A DNA stretch of 64,000 nucleotides from Candidatus Saccharimonadales bacterium (GTDB lineage Bacteria > Patescibacteriota > Saccharimonadia > Saccharimonadales > UBA10212). Shown here in pieces: positions 43,110-50,893 of this stretch. Every line of letters begins with the position of its first letter. Position 1 is the stretch's first letter. The stretch spans positions 72,384 through 136,383 of the forward strand of contig DATIHL010000015.1 of assembly GCA_035480715.1 (NCBI GenBank), read 5' to 3'. Made by a program: the position numbers and the translations under genes. The notes under the pieces are model-generated. The model did not search any database, had not been told where the DNA came from, and saw only the letters and a list, made by a program, of their open reading frames with translations.

Positions 43110-43202
43110 TTGGACTGGCCCCCCGTGGTTATGACCGCAGTCCTTGGCTTCGGGTTTCTTTACGGCATTTGGAAAAAAAGAAGGGAGAGAAAGCGCAAAT
43201 AA
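43110..43202 (+). CDS. mini-ORF a: 30-aa single-pass peptide with poly-basic tail
   Basis: TTG start 5 nt after GGAGGAG. (M)DWPPVVMTAVLGFGFLYGIWKKRRERKRK. The stop TAA shares its last A with the next ATG. Confidence 0.45.
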   Translation: MDWPPVVMTAVLGFGFLYGIWKKRRERKRK

Positions 43203-43309
43203 TGATCGCTGCGCTGACAACTACCTATTGGGCATTTCTGGCAACCTCGGTTGCTGGGCTGCTCATTGCTCTCTACCTCATGTTCCAACCAACGCGTCGA
43301 AGACGCTGA
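43202..43309 (+). CDS. mini-ORF b: 35-aa single-pass peptide with RRRR tail
   Basis: ATG in a TAATG overlap. MIAALTTTYWAFLATSVAGLLIALYLMFQPTRRRR. Confidence 0.45.
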   Translation: MIAALTTTYWAFLATSVAGLLIALYLMFQPTRRRR

Positions 43310-43319
43310 AAGGAGATCC

Positions 43320-43439
43320 GTGAATCTTCTAAAAGAGTTGTGGAAGCATCGTCCGCTGTGGGTGGTTTTCTTCACCAGCTGGCGATTCTGGCGCGACTAC
43401 GTCTTACTTCTTCGCAAAAGGGATAAGGAGGGCACGTGA
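43320..43439 (+). CDS. mini-ORF c: 39-aa Trp/Arg-rich hydrophobic peptide
   Basis: GTG start 5 nt after AAGGAG. (M)NLLKELWKHRPLWVVFFTSWRFWRDYVLLLRKRDKEGT. This is the 3' part of track ORF 43251..43439. Confidence 0.5.
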   Translation: MNLLKELWKHRPLWVVFFTSWRFWRDYVLLLRKRDKEGT

Positions 43440-43576
43440 TACGCCGATTCGTCGCAGCCAGGCTGTTGGGCTTGACGTTTGCAGCCTTGGCATTCATTCT
43501 CAGCCGGAAGTACGGCAAGAGGCAGTCGAACCGAAAAAGCCTGCGTGCAACCGTAGGCTGGAGAGAACCAAGGTGA
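43436..43576 (+). CDS. mini-ORF d: 46-aa single-pass peptide with long basic tail
   Basis: GTG in a GTGA overlap, AAGGAGG 5 nt upstream. (M)IRRFVAARLLGLTFAALAFILSRKYGKRQSNRKSLRATVGWREPR. Confidence 0.45.
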   Translation: MIRRFVAARLLGLTFAALAFILSRKYGKRQSNRKSLRATVGWREPR

Positions 43577-43671
43577 TTCTCGCGATTTCAGCCGAGATGC
43601 TTTTTAAGGCGGCCCTCATAGTAGCGGCGGGTCTTCTCGGAGCCTTGCTCTACTACCTGCTCAAACCCTAG
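43573..43671 (+). CDS. mini-ORF e: 32-aa single-pass peptide
   Basis: GTG in a GTGA overlap, GGAGAG upstream. (M)ILAISAEMLFKAALIVAAGLLGALLYYLLKP. Confidence 0.45.
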   Translation: MILAISAEMLFKAALIVAAGLLGALLYYLLKP

Positions 43672-43685
43672 CGAAAGGAGAGGCG

Positions 43686-43925
43686 ATGAAAATCGTAAAG
43701 TCAGTAGCTGAAGTTGTAATCGGGTTGGCCGTAATGATCCTGGGATTCCTCCTTATGGCAGGAGGGTTCGCGGCACTGATCAAAGCATTTGCCGATGCTG
43801 GTCCGGAGGTTCCGGTCAAGAGTCTCACACTTGGCCCCACGGCAATTCTCGTTGGTATCGGCCTATGGATCTCCCTGGTGGCGTGGGGAGAATCCCACGA
43901 CAAAACCGACCGTTCCAACGGATGA
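43686..43925 (+). CDS. mini-ORF f: 79-aa two-helix membrane protein
   Basis: ORF track; ATG after AAGGAGAGG. MKIVKSVAEVVIGLAVMILGFLLMAGGFAALI ... AILVGIGLWISLVAWG. Confidence 0.6.
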   Translation: MKIVKSVAEVVIGLAVMILGFLLMAGGFAALIKAFADAGPEVPVKSLTLGPTAILVGIGLWISLVAWGESHDKTDRSNG

Positions 43926-43986
43926 TCTCCTCAAAGAAGAAAGTCCTCGGTTTCAGTTGAGCTATGAGCTCCTGGTCGAGGCACGC

Positions 43987-44010
43987 AGCCCCGCACAAGC
44001 GGGGCTTTTC
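43987..44010 (+). terminator. intrinsic terminator of the mini-ORF operon
   Basis: AGCCCCGC-ACAA-GCGGGGCT followed by TTTC. Confidence 0.65.
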
Positions 44011-44022
44011 AATATCCGAAAT

Positions 44023-44040
44023 TACTTAACAGGTTAAGTA
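44023..44040. repeat. P palindrome copy 5 (TACTTAAC-AG-GTTAAGTA)
   Basis: Perfect 8-bp arms, 1 nt from the tsf stop codon (44042-44044). Confidence 0.8.
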
Positions 44041-44041
44041 T

Positions 44042-44506
44042 TTATTCCACTTCGCCGAGTGCCATACGGGAAAAACGACGAACAACAATGTTTTCACCCA
44101 GTTTGGCGATATGCTCTTTGACGTAGTCAGCAACGCTGATTTCTGGATTTTTGACAAATGGCTGCCCTAGAAGCTCATCAACGTCCTCTGCTTCGGTGGC
44201 GGCAATATGCAGCGTTAAATCTTTAACCAACTCTTTAAATTCGTCGGTTTTGGCCACAAAATCAGTCTCGCAATTAACTTCTATTACTACGCCAATGCGG
44301 CCGTCGTGCGAATAAGTACCGATCAGTCCTGCTCTGGCTTCGCGCTCACCGCGCTTTTCGGCTTTGGTCAAACCCTTTTTGCGCATCTCGGCCAATGCTT
44401 TATCGAAGTCGCCGCTAGCATCCACTAAAGCCTGCTTGGCGTCAGTTATTCCAACACCAGTAAGCTCTCGCAGCCGCCTAATTTCATCTATAGGTATGTC
44501 TGCCAT
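44042..44506 (-). CDS. tsf: elongation factor Ts (very short form)
   Basis: 154 aa. N-terminal UBA-like IRRLRELTGVGITDAKQALVDASGDFDKALAEMRKKG and part of the core domain. Confidence 0.85.
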   Translation of the reverse strand: MADIPIDEIRRLRELTGVGITDAKQALVDASGDFDKALAEMRKKGLTKAEKRGEREARAGLIGTYSHDGRIGVVIEVNCETDFVAKTDEFKELVKDLTLHIAATEAEDVDELLGQPFVKNPEISVADYVKEHIAKLGENIVVRRFSRMALGEVE

Positions 44507-44507
44507 C

Positions 44508-45341
44508 TTAGCCTATCCCCCTTACTGGTTCGATTTTGGCCGGCTCTTCCGGTTTAGGTTCATCTGTTTTCGTCTCTTCAGCAGCAGCTTCAGACGCCGG
44601 CTTTGTTTCTACTTTGGTCTCTTTTTCCTCAGCCGGTGCGGCTTTTTTAACTTTTGCCTGCCCGTCTTCAATCGCCTGTTTAACATAATCAAGTATCAGA
44701 TTAATAGTCTTTGTAGCGTCGTCATTGCACGGAATCGGGTAATCAACCAATGAGGGGTCGGCATTGGTATCAATTAACGCTACTACGGGTACATCGAGCT
44801 TTTTAGCCTCGCGGACCGGAATATCATCTGTTAAAACATCGACTATAAAAACTGCGCCTGGTTTGACTGCCATGTCTTTAATGCCGCCATAAATATGGTT
44901 CATCTCGTCAATTTCTTCCTGGAAGCGCTGCACTTCCAGCTTGCTGTATTTAGCGGCCAATTCGCCATTGGCCATGCGAGTTTCTAAATCTTTAAGATGT
45001 TTAATCCGCCCGCCGATCGTTGGTTGGTTGGTTAACATGCCGCCCAGCCATCTTACAGTTACATAGGGCATACGAAGCGCCTCAGCCACTTCTTTAACCT
45101 TATCCTGAGCCTGTCGCTTGGTGCTGACTAGTAAGATCTGCTTACCAGCGGCGGCCGTCTCGGTCAAGAAATTTAGCGCTTCTTCCAATGCAGTGACTGT
45201 TTTAGTGAGATCAATAATATGATTGCCGTCACGCTTGCTATGAATATATGACGCCATTTTTGGGTGCCAACGGCTGGTTTGATGCCCAAAGTGAGCACCG
45301 GCTTCTAAAAGCTTCTTAATATCTACATCGACTTTCGCCAA
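44508..45341 (-). CDS. rpsB: 30S ribosomal protein S2 with Lys/Glu/Pro-rich C-terminal extension
   Basis: 277 aa, TTG start. LLEAGAHFGHQTSRWHPKM signature. Confidence 0.93.
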   Translation of the reverse strand: MAKVDVDIKKLLEAGAHFGHQTSRWHPKMASYIHSKRDGNHIIDLTKTVTALEEALNFLTETAAAGKQILLVSTKRQAQDKVKEVAEALRMPYVTVRWLGGMLTNQPTIGGRIKHLKDLETRMANGELAAKYSKLEVQRFQEEIDEMNHIYGGIKDMAVKPGAVFIVDVLTDDIPVREAKKLDVPVVALIDTNADPSLVDYPIPCNDDATKTINLILDYVKQAIEDGQAKVKKAAPAEEKETKVETKPASEAAAEETKTDEPKPEEPAKIEPVRGIG

Positions 45342-45486
45342 TTCAGTAATCCTTTCTCATTGTGCGGTGCTGACCCTATAAAACCTACACGGTGTTTACA
45401 GAGAGGATTGCTGCTCCACACTGCTTAATTTTGACTTGTTAATTTTACCTCTGTTGAAGTTTATTTACAAGAGGTAAAATAAAAGT

Positions 45487-45831
45487 ATGGCAATTAAGTC
45501 ATTCGAGGATTCATCAAATCAATTTACGCGTATAGAGGACCTAGCCGATCCAGTCAGGTTAGCATTGATAGCTGTAAGCAAAGCTCGCTATGCTAGGCCG
45601 ATCTATTATGGACACCCTGCAATTAAAGAAGTCCAGGTATACGATCTAGAGGCGGCAATGGTTGACGCAATGTTGGATAGTAGTATTTCGCCTTTACATA
45701 GCATGAAGCTAAAGCCAGATATTGAAAGAATAGCTCTGGAATCTTTCCCTAATCATGACAAAGTTATGGAGAGAAGACGTCAAGCGGTCAAAAGAATTAA
45801 CGAAGATACAAGTGGCAAATTGACTAGCTAA
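45487..45831 (+). CDS. hypothetical protein (114 aa)
   Basis: ORF track only. Its SD lies in the 3' arm of a 10-bp hairpin (45443-45452 / 45470-45479). Confidence 0.5.
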   Translation: MAIKSFEDSSNQFTRIEDLADPVRLALIAVSKARYARPIYYGHPAIKEVQVYDLEAAMVDAMLDSSISPLHSMKLKPDIERIALESFPNHDKVMERRRQAVKRINEDTSGKLTS

Positions 45832-45874
45832 AAGGGTTGACCAACAGGGGTAAACACAGTATAATCGACAAGTT

Positions 45875-46222
45875 ATGAAGAAAGATCTGCACCCAGGCAA
45901 CTACCGGCCGGTCGTTTTTCAGGATTTGAATAATGGTACGACTTTTTTGACCAAATCGACCGTCGAGGCCGAAGAAACCATCACCCTAGACGGTGTCGAG
46001 TATCCATTGGTCAAAGTGCACATTTCTTCCAGTTCACACCCCTTCTTTACCGGCGAAGAGCGCATAGTTGACGTGGAAGGCCGCGTAGACAAATTTAAAG
46101 CCCGACAGGCCGCCGGCCAAAAAGCTCGCGAGGCTAAATCTACTGTCAAACCAAAAGCCAAGAAGGCCAAAACTGAAGCTCAAAAACTTGGCGCTCACCC
46201 TGTTAAGAAATCAGAAGAATAA
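45875..46222 (+). CDS. rpmE: 50S ribosomal protein L31, type B (no Cys motif), with Lys-rich tail
   Basis: 115 aa. MKKDLHPGNYRPVVFQD ... SSSSHPFFTG signature. Confidence 0.88.
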   Translation: MKKDLHPGNYRPVVFQDLNNGTTFLTKSTVEAEETITLDGVEYPLVKVHISSSSHPFFTGEERIVDVEGRVDKFKARQAAGQKAREAKSTVKPKAKKAKTEAQKLGAHPVKKSEE

Positions 46223-46291
46223 CTAAGTCAAACTAAACCCTCCTTTAACCGCTGTGGTTTTTGGAGAGTTTTTTATACACTGGAGGCAAAG

Positions 46292-47350
46292 ATGGAAGAT
46301 CATGAACAAAATTTACGTATGGAGCTTGAGCAGCTGCAAAAGCAGCTGCAGCACCCTGATGTATTCGGGCGATCAGATTACCCTACTCTGGCGAAACGAC
46401 AGGGAGAGCTTGCTAAAACTCTAGCTTTGTATGATGAAAGAAAGCATCTAAAGGCGCAATTAACTGACGCTAATGATATGGCAAATTCCTCTGATTCGGA
46501 ACTGGCTGAGATGGCCAAGAATGAAGTTGAGGATTTACGACAAAAGCTAAATAAAGCCGACCAGGAGCTGAGCGAAGCACTCACGCCAAAAGATCCGAAC
46601 GACGAGCGTAATGCTATCGTGGAAATACGCGCTGCAGCTGGCGGCGACGAAGCATCACTTTTTGCCGGGGATCTTTACCGGATGTATTCGCGCTTTTGCG
46701 AAAAACACGGCTATAAAACAGAGTTGGACACGGAAAGCCCATCTGAAGCTGGTGGTTTTAAGGAAATCATATTTGAAGTACACGGCGCCGGCGCTTACGG
46801 CCAACTAAAGTTCGAAGCTGGCGTTCACCGCGTGCAGCGCGTGCCAGTAACAGAGAGCAGCGGTCGTATACACACCAGTACTGTAACGGTAGCAGTTTTA
46901 CCAGAGGCCGAAGAAACTGACCTAAAAATCAATCCGGACGAGCTCAGGATAGATGTATTCCGAGCCTCCGGCCATGGCGGCCAGTCTGTTAATACTACTG
47001 ATTCGGCCGTTCGCATCACCCACATACCCACCGGATTGGTTGTTAGTATGCAGGACGAAAAGAGCCAGATCAAAAACCGCGACAAAGCCATGAAGGTACT
47101 CCGGTCTCGCCTGTTGCAAATGAAAGTTGAAGAAGAACAGAAGCAGCTATCAGATGAACGGAGCAAGCTAATTGGCACCGGGGATCGCTCTGAAAAAATC
47201 CGCACCTATAATTTCCCACAAGACCGTATTACCGACCATCGCATAAATTATTCACGCAGTAACCTACCCGGCGCCCTAGCTGGCGACATCGATGACATCG
47301 TCGAAAAACTGCATGAACGCGAACTCGAGTTACTAAAGAGCGGCCAATGA
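46292..47350 (+). CDS. prfA: peptide chain release factor 1
   Basis: 352 aa. P-x-T tripeptide (PVTES), GGQ ([16 protein letters not shown]). Confidence 0.93.
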   Translation: MEDHEQNLRMELEQLQKQLQHPDVFGRSDYPTLAKRQGELAKTLALYDERKHLKAQLTDANDMANSSDSELAEMAKNEVEDLRQKLNKADQELSEALTPKDPNDERNAIVEIRAAAGGDEASLFAGDLYRMYSRFCEKHGYKTELDTESPSEAGGFKEIIFEVHGAGAYGQLKFEAGVHRVQRVPVTESSGRIHTSTVTVAVLPEAEETDLKINPDELRIDVFRASGHGGQSVNTTDSAVRITHIPTGLVVSMQDEKSQIKNRDKAMKVLRSRLLQMKVEEEQKQLSDERSKLIGTGDRSEKIRTYNFPQDRITDHRINYSRSNLPGALAGDIDDIVEKLHERELELLKSGQ

Positions 47351-47856
47351 ATTATTTGATTACAGGCCGGGCTGGTTCTGGAAAATCAGCAGTTGGTGCC
47401 GAGCTTCAATCGCGAGGATTAAATGCACTGGATACAGATGACATACCCGGTCTCGCAAACTGGGAAGATTTAAATACCGGCAAACGAATCGAAATTGATC
47501 CCAGTGGTTTTATTGATTATACGAAAGTCGGCTGGAACTGGAACCAACCAACTCTTCGCAGATTATTGGAAACAGCTGGCCAGCTTTTTCTCTGCGGCAG
47601 CGCATCAAATGAGCTCGATTTTCACGGCTTGTTTGATAAAGTATTTGTTTTGAGCCTAGACCCCGAGACCCAAAAAGAACGTCTCAGAACAAGATCGAGT
47701 AAATATGGTAAGGATCCTGCTATGCAAAAGGTTATCCTGCAAGAACAGAAGGAATTTGTAGAGCAGGCTGTTCGACTTGGAGCCATGGCCATTGACAACA
47801 CCCGGCCAATTAATGTTGTTGCAGACGAAATTCTAACTCATCTAGATGAAATTTGA
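47347..47856 (+). CDS. P-loop kinase-like protein (AAA_18/AAA_33-type)
   Basis: 169 aa. [13 protein letters not shown] Walker A. 4-nt overlap with prfA and 11-nt overlap with prmC. Confidence 0.6.
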   Translation: MNYLITGRAGSGKSAVGAELQSRGLNALDTDDIPGLANWEDLNTGKRIEIDPSGFIDYTKVGWNWNQPTLRRLLETAGQLFLCGSASNELDFHGLFDKVFVLSLDPETQKERLRTRSSKYGKDPAMQKVILQEQKEFVEQAVRLGAMAIDNTRPINVVADEILTHLDEI

Positions 47857-48649
47857 GGCGTTTTTAACTCTGGCAACCAAGAAATTGGAAGCTGTTAGCA
47901 TTGGCTCAGCCCGGCTTGATGTGCTGATAATGCTCGAGGATGAGCTATCTAAGGATAGGAGTTACGTTTTGGCGCACCCAGAAGCCGAATTATCACCTCT
48001 GCAGCTCAAAAAATTGAATAAAAAACTTCTTCGACGAGTCAACCACGAGCCAATGGCCTATATTCGCGGCTTCAGCGAATTTTACGGACGTAAATTCAAG
48101 ATAAACCATCGGGTTTTAGAACCCAGACCAGAATCCGAAACAATGATTGATCTTTTGAAGTCGCTTCATTTGCCCAATGATGCCAAAATCGCCGACGTTG
48201 GAACCGGATCCGGCGCACTAGGTATAACTGCTGCCCTTGAACTTCACAATCACAATGTTGACCTCTTTGATATCGACGCCTCAGCGCTGGCAGTTGCCAA
48301 ACATAATTGTGAATTGCACGAGCTGCATCTAAGAACTACTAAACGCGATCTGTTGAAAAATGATCATAAGGCTTACGATGTAATCCTAGCCAACTTACCC
48401 TACGTACCTAACCACTGGCGCATAAATGAGGCAGCGGCAATGGAGCCTAGAATCGCCATTTTTGGCGGTAAGGATGGGCTGGAGGTTTATCGCCGTTTTT
48501 TTGAACAACTGACACATTTTAATTGGCGTCCGGAATACGTTTTTACTGAATCAATGCCACCGCAGCATGAAGATTTAGCCCAAATTGGCCAAAATGCTGG
48601 GTTTAGGTTAATAAAGAATCAGGACTTTATTCAGCTGTTTGAAACTTAG
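47846..48649 (+). CDS. prmC: release-factor glutamine N5-methyltransferase
   Basis: 267 aa. VGTGSGALGI SAM motif and the NPPY-variant ANLPYVP. Confidence 0.85.
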   Translation: MKFEAFLTLATKKLEAVSIGSARLDVLIMLEDELSKDRSYVLAHPEAELSPLQLKKLNKKLLRRVNHEPMAYIRGFSEFYGRKFKINHRVLEPRPESETMIDLLKSLHLPNDAKIADVGTGSGALGITAALELHNHNVDLFDIDASALAVAKHNCELHELHLRTTKRDLLKNDHKAYDVILANLPYVPNHWRINEAAAMEPRIAIFGGKDGLEVYRRFFEQLTHFNWRPEYVFTESMPPQHEDLAQIGQNAGFRLIKNQDFIQLFET

Positions 48650-48651
48650 CT

Positions 48652-49908
48652 TTAAGGCGCGGCGGTCAGCTTGGCATGTAGAGTTATGGTTTTACCATCG
48701 CGGACTACCGTTAGAGTGACTGTGTCGCCGACTTTGAAGTTCGTCAGAGCCGAAGTTAAGCTAGTCTTTTCGTTAATATTTATGTTGTTAATCTTGGTGA
48801 TAATATCCTTTTCCTTCACTCCGGCTTTCTCGGCCGGGCTGCTGGCAATTACAGAAGGTGTGCTATCGGTGTTGGGGGTCACATAAGCCCCGTGATTAAC
48901 CGGTAAATTATACTGATAGGCAATATCCGGAGTCAGTGATACATAACGTACGCCAAGATACGGTTGCTGCAATTTACCGCTACCAAGTACACCGCTGATC
49001 AGACCTTTGACGTCATTTATAGGAATGGCAAAACCAATGTTTTGCGCACCGGAAGCCACAGCCGTATTTATAGCAATCACGTCGCCGTTGATATTAACCA
49101 ATGGGCCGCCCGAGTTACCTTCGTTGATAGCGGCATCGGTCTGGAAAAGGTCTGTCAGGTTTTCGCCGCTTGTGCCATTTTGATCGCCAGCCTGGACGTC
49201 GCGCCCATATCCCGAGATGATACCGCTAGTAACGGTGTTTTGGAATTGACCCAGAGCGTTGCCGATCGCCACTACCCTATCACCTACCTGCGTTTGCGAT
49301 GAATTACCCAGTGTTACCGGAGTTAATTTTTTACTCCCTAAATTATTTATTTTCAGAAAAGCTACATCCAGTGGGCTGCTATCGCTGGTTCGACCGATGA
49401 CGCTGACATTTTTATAAGTTGTGCCGTCTGCCAATGTGACACTGACGCTGGTAGTGCCACTGGGTACTACGTGGCGGTTAGTAACGATAGTGCCATCCGA
49501 GCTAATGATAAAACCTGTGCCGGCAGCTTCCTGGCTTTGCGGGAAGGAATAGCCAAAAATGTCCTGCGAGGTCTGAGTTTGTACTGCATCAATACTAACT
49601 ACGCTAGAACCGACGTTTTTAGCAATTTCTGAAATAAGTTGGCCCTCGCTGGACACGTATTGTTGTTTAGCCTCTGTTGACGACGGGATCGGTTGGCTGT
49701 GATTATAAGTTCTAGCCCCCAGCCAGCCGCCACCAAAACCTATGGCTAAGATGATAAGCACTACAGCCAAAAGTCGCAGCAGATAAGGGCGATTAACGCG
49801 GCTGATATCCGGCGCCTTAAATTTAGGCAGATTGCCAGTCCTGGAAACGCGGGTCGAAAAGCTCGATACCTTAGCCTCTTTTGAGTTTTCTAAATCATCA
49901 GCCGCCAT
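48652..49908 (-). CDS. htrA: HtrA/DegP-family serine protease with PDZ domain
   Basis: TNRHV, D and GNSGGPLVN catalytic triad; C-terminal PDZ. Start set at ATG 49908 (MAADDLENSK); the ORF track uses TTG 49920. Confidence 0.88.
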   Translation of the reverse strand: MAADDLENSKEAKVSSFSTRVSRTGNLPKFKAPDISRVNRPYLLRLLAVVLIILAIGFGGGWLGARTYNHSQPIPSSTEAKQQYVSSEGQLISEIAKNVGSSVVSIDAVQTQTSQDIFGYSFPQSQEAAGTGFIISSDGTIVTNRHVVPSGTTSVSVTLADGTTYKNVSVIGRTSDSSPLDVAFLKINNLGSKKLTPVTLGNSSQTQVGDRVVAIGNALGQFQNTVTSGIISGYGRDVQAGDQNGTSGENLTDLFQTDAAINEGNSGGPLVNINGDVIAINTAVASGAQNIGFAIPINDVKGLISGVLGSGKLQQPYLGVRYVSLTPDIAYQYNLPVNHGAYVTPNTDSTPSVIASSPAEKAGVKEKDIITKINNININEKTSLTSALTNFKVGDTVTLTVVRDGKTITLHAKLTAAP

Positions 49909-49961
49909 GCTTAACCCCAATACTTAACCATTATACTGAAAATTAACTGAATAAATGTGCC

Positions 49962-50142
49962 CTGCTGTCTAACGCTCACGCTTGAGCAAATCGCTAGGCG
50001 CCAGTGAAGCGCAGACTGAGCCGTATATGAAATACGGTGTGGGAGCACTGGAACTGGCAACAACGCGATTTGCCAAGAACGATAGCGGTGCAACCCGCTT
50101 GACTGGTTGGCAGGCTATCGTGACGCGAGCGTTAGACAGTAG
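49962..50142. repeat. structured element family Y, copy E (largest member)
   Basis: 19-position outer stem 49962-49980 / 50124-50142 (1 G.U, 1 mismatch). Its 3' arm contains the stop codon of 50132..50893. Inner stem CCAGTG/CACTGG. Core AAGCGCAGACTGAG plus hairpin CCGTAT-ATGAA-ATACGG, with compensatory changes relative to copy B. Confidence 0.6.
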
Positions 50143-50893
50143 CGCCAGTCCAGTCAGATAGAACAACTATGATAATTAATATGGCGCACATAATCGCCAA
50201 AATCTGTCGTCTAAACGTCGCACTAAGACGTTCAGAGGCATCAAGATAATAGAGGGCGGCCAGGCTGTAACCAATAGTGGTTAGAATTATTAAAATTTGT
50301 GAGATAGAGCCATAGAACAACAACCAATGCCCCAAAACGAAGGCTAAAGATGCTGCAAAATAGGCCCAGATATTGGTTAGCAATCCCGTACGTGACTCTT
50401 CGAAGCTGCTCAAAAAATGTCTAGCTGACAGATATGTGACGCTCCATGTACCAAAAACTAGTGTTGCCAGTGGAGCATCGCCGAATTTCAAATAGAGCAC
50501 TGAAAGTCCCAATAGCTGCCCGATCATGGCTTGAGCCGAAACGCTCAGTACATCACTCCTTGGCTTCAACCAAACCAGCCAAGCGATGTAAAGCCCCATC
50601 CAAAACAGCTGCCACCAGGTGACCGAGGTACTCGACATAAACAGTACCAGACTGATACCAACTAGGATATCAATACCGTTTGAGGCGATATTAACCAACC
50701 AATAACGCGGCCTAACAGCAAAGATTCGCCACTTAGCCAGTAGAATCAGTAGGATGGCCAGCGACACAAAGTCTATCCGTACCAGGACATAGGCCAATAT
50801 CGGTAGCAGGATATTGAGGCCTAAATGAATAAAGTGCGAAAAGCCACTGACGGGCTTAACGCTAGCGCGCATTTTAGTTAGAAGGTCTTGCAT
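50132..50893 (-). CDS. polytopic membrane protein, function unknown
   Basis: 253 aa, about 8 hydrophobic segments. 20-nt overlap with the LCP gene's 3' end. Confidence 0.6.
   Translation of the reverse strand: MQDLLTKMRASVKPVSGFSHFIHLGLNILLPILAYVLVRIDFVSLAILLILLAKWRIFAVRPRYWLVNIASNGIDILVGISLVLFMSSTSVTWWQLFWMGLYIAWLVWLKPRSDVLSVSAQAMIGQLLGLSVLYLKFGDAPLATLVFGTWSVTYLSARHFLSSFEESRTGLLTNIWAYFAASLAFVLGHWLLFYGSISQILIILTTIGYSLAALYYLDASERLSATFRRQILAIMCAILIIIVVLSDWTGATV

Noticed and set aside
43160-43918. Minus-strand ORFs 43160..43375 and 43661..43918, and plus-strand ORF 43789..44037, inside the mini-ORF island
   Set aside because: They have no SDs and compositionally odd products. They overlap the SD-led plus-strand mini-ORFs, which form a coherent coupled series.
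45443-45479. A 10-bp hairpin TTTTACCTCT / AGAGGTAAAA sequestering the SD of 45487..45831, in the rpsB divergent region
   Set aside because: It is real as a sequence feature, but it is a single occurrence with an AU-rich stem and an uncharacterised downstream gene. That is too little evidence to call it a regulator.
46292-47350. Possible stop-codon reassignment (UGA recoding), as in some candidate phyla
   Set aside because: Both RF1 (PVT) and RF2 (SPF) are present and intact. UGA terminates several well-supported genes, for example mini-ORFs and the island-1 ORF. The standard code fits.
49930-49935. A TATAAT (minus strand) upstream of htrA, followed by a P half-site
   Set aside because: No acceptable -35 or extended -10 accompanies it, so it is not annotated as a promoter. 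It is mentioned only as context for the half-site.
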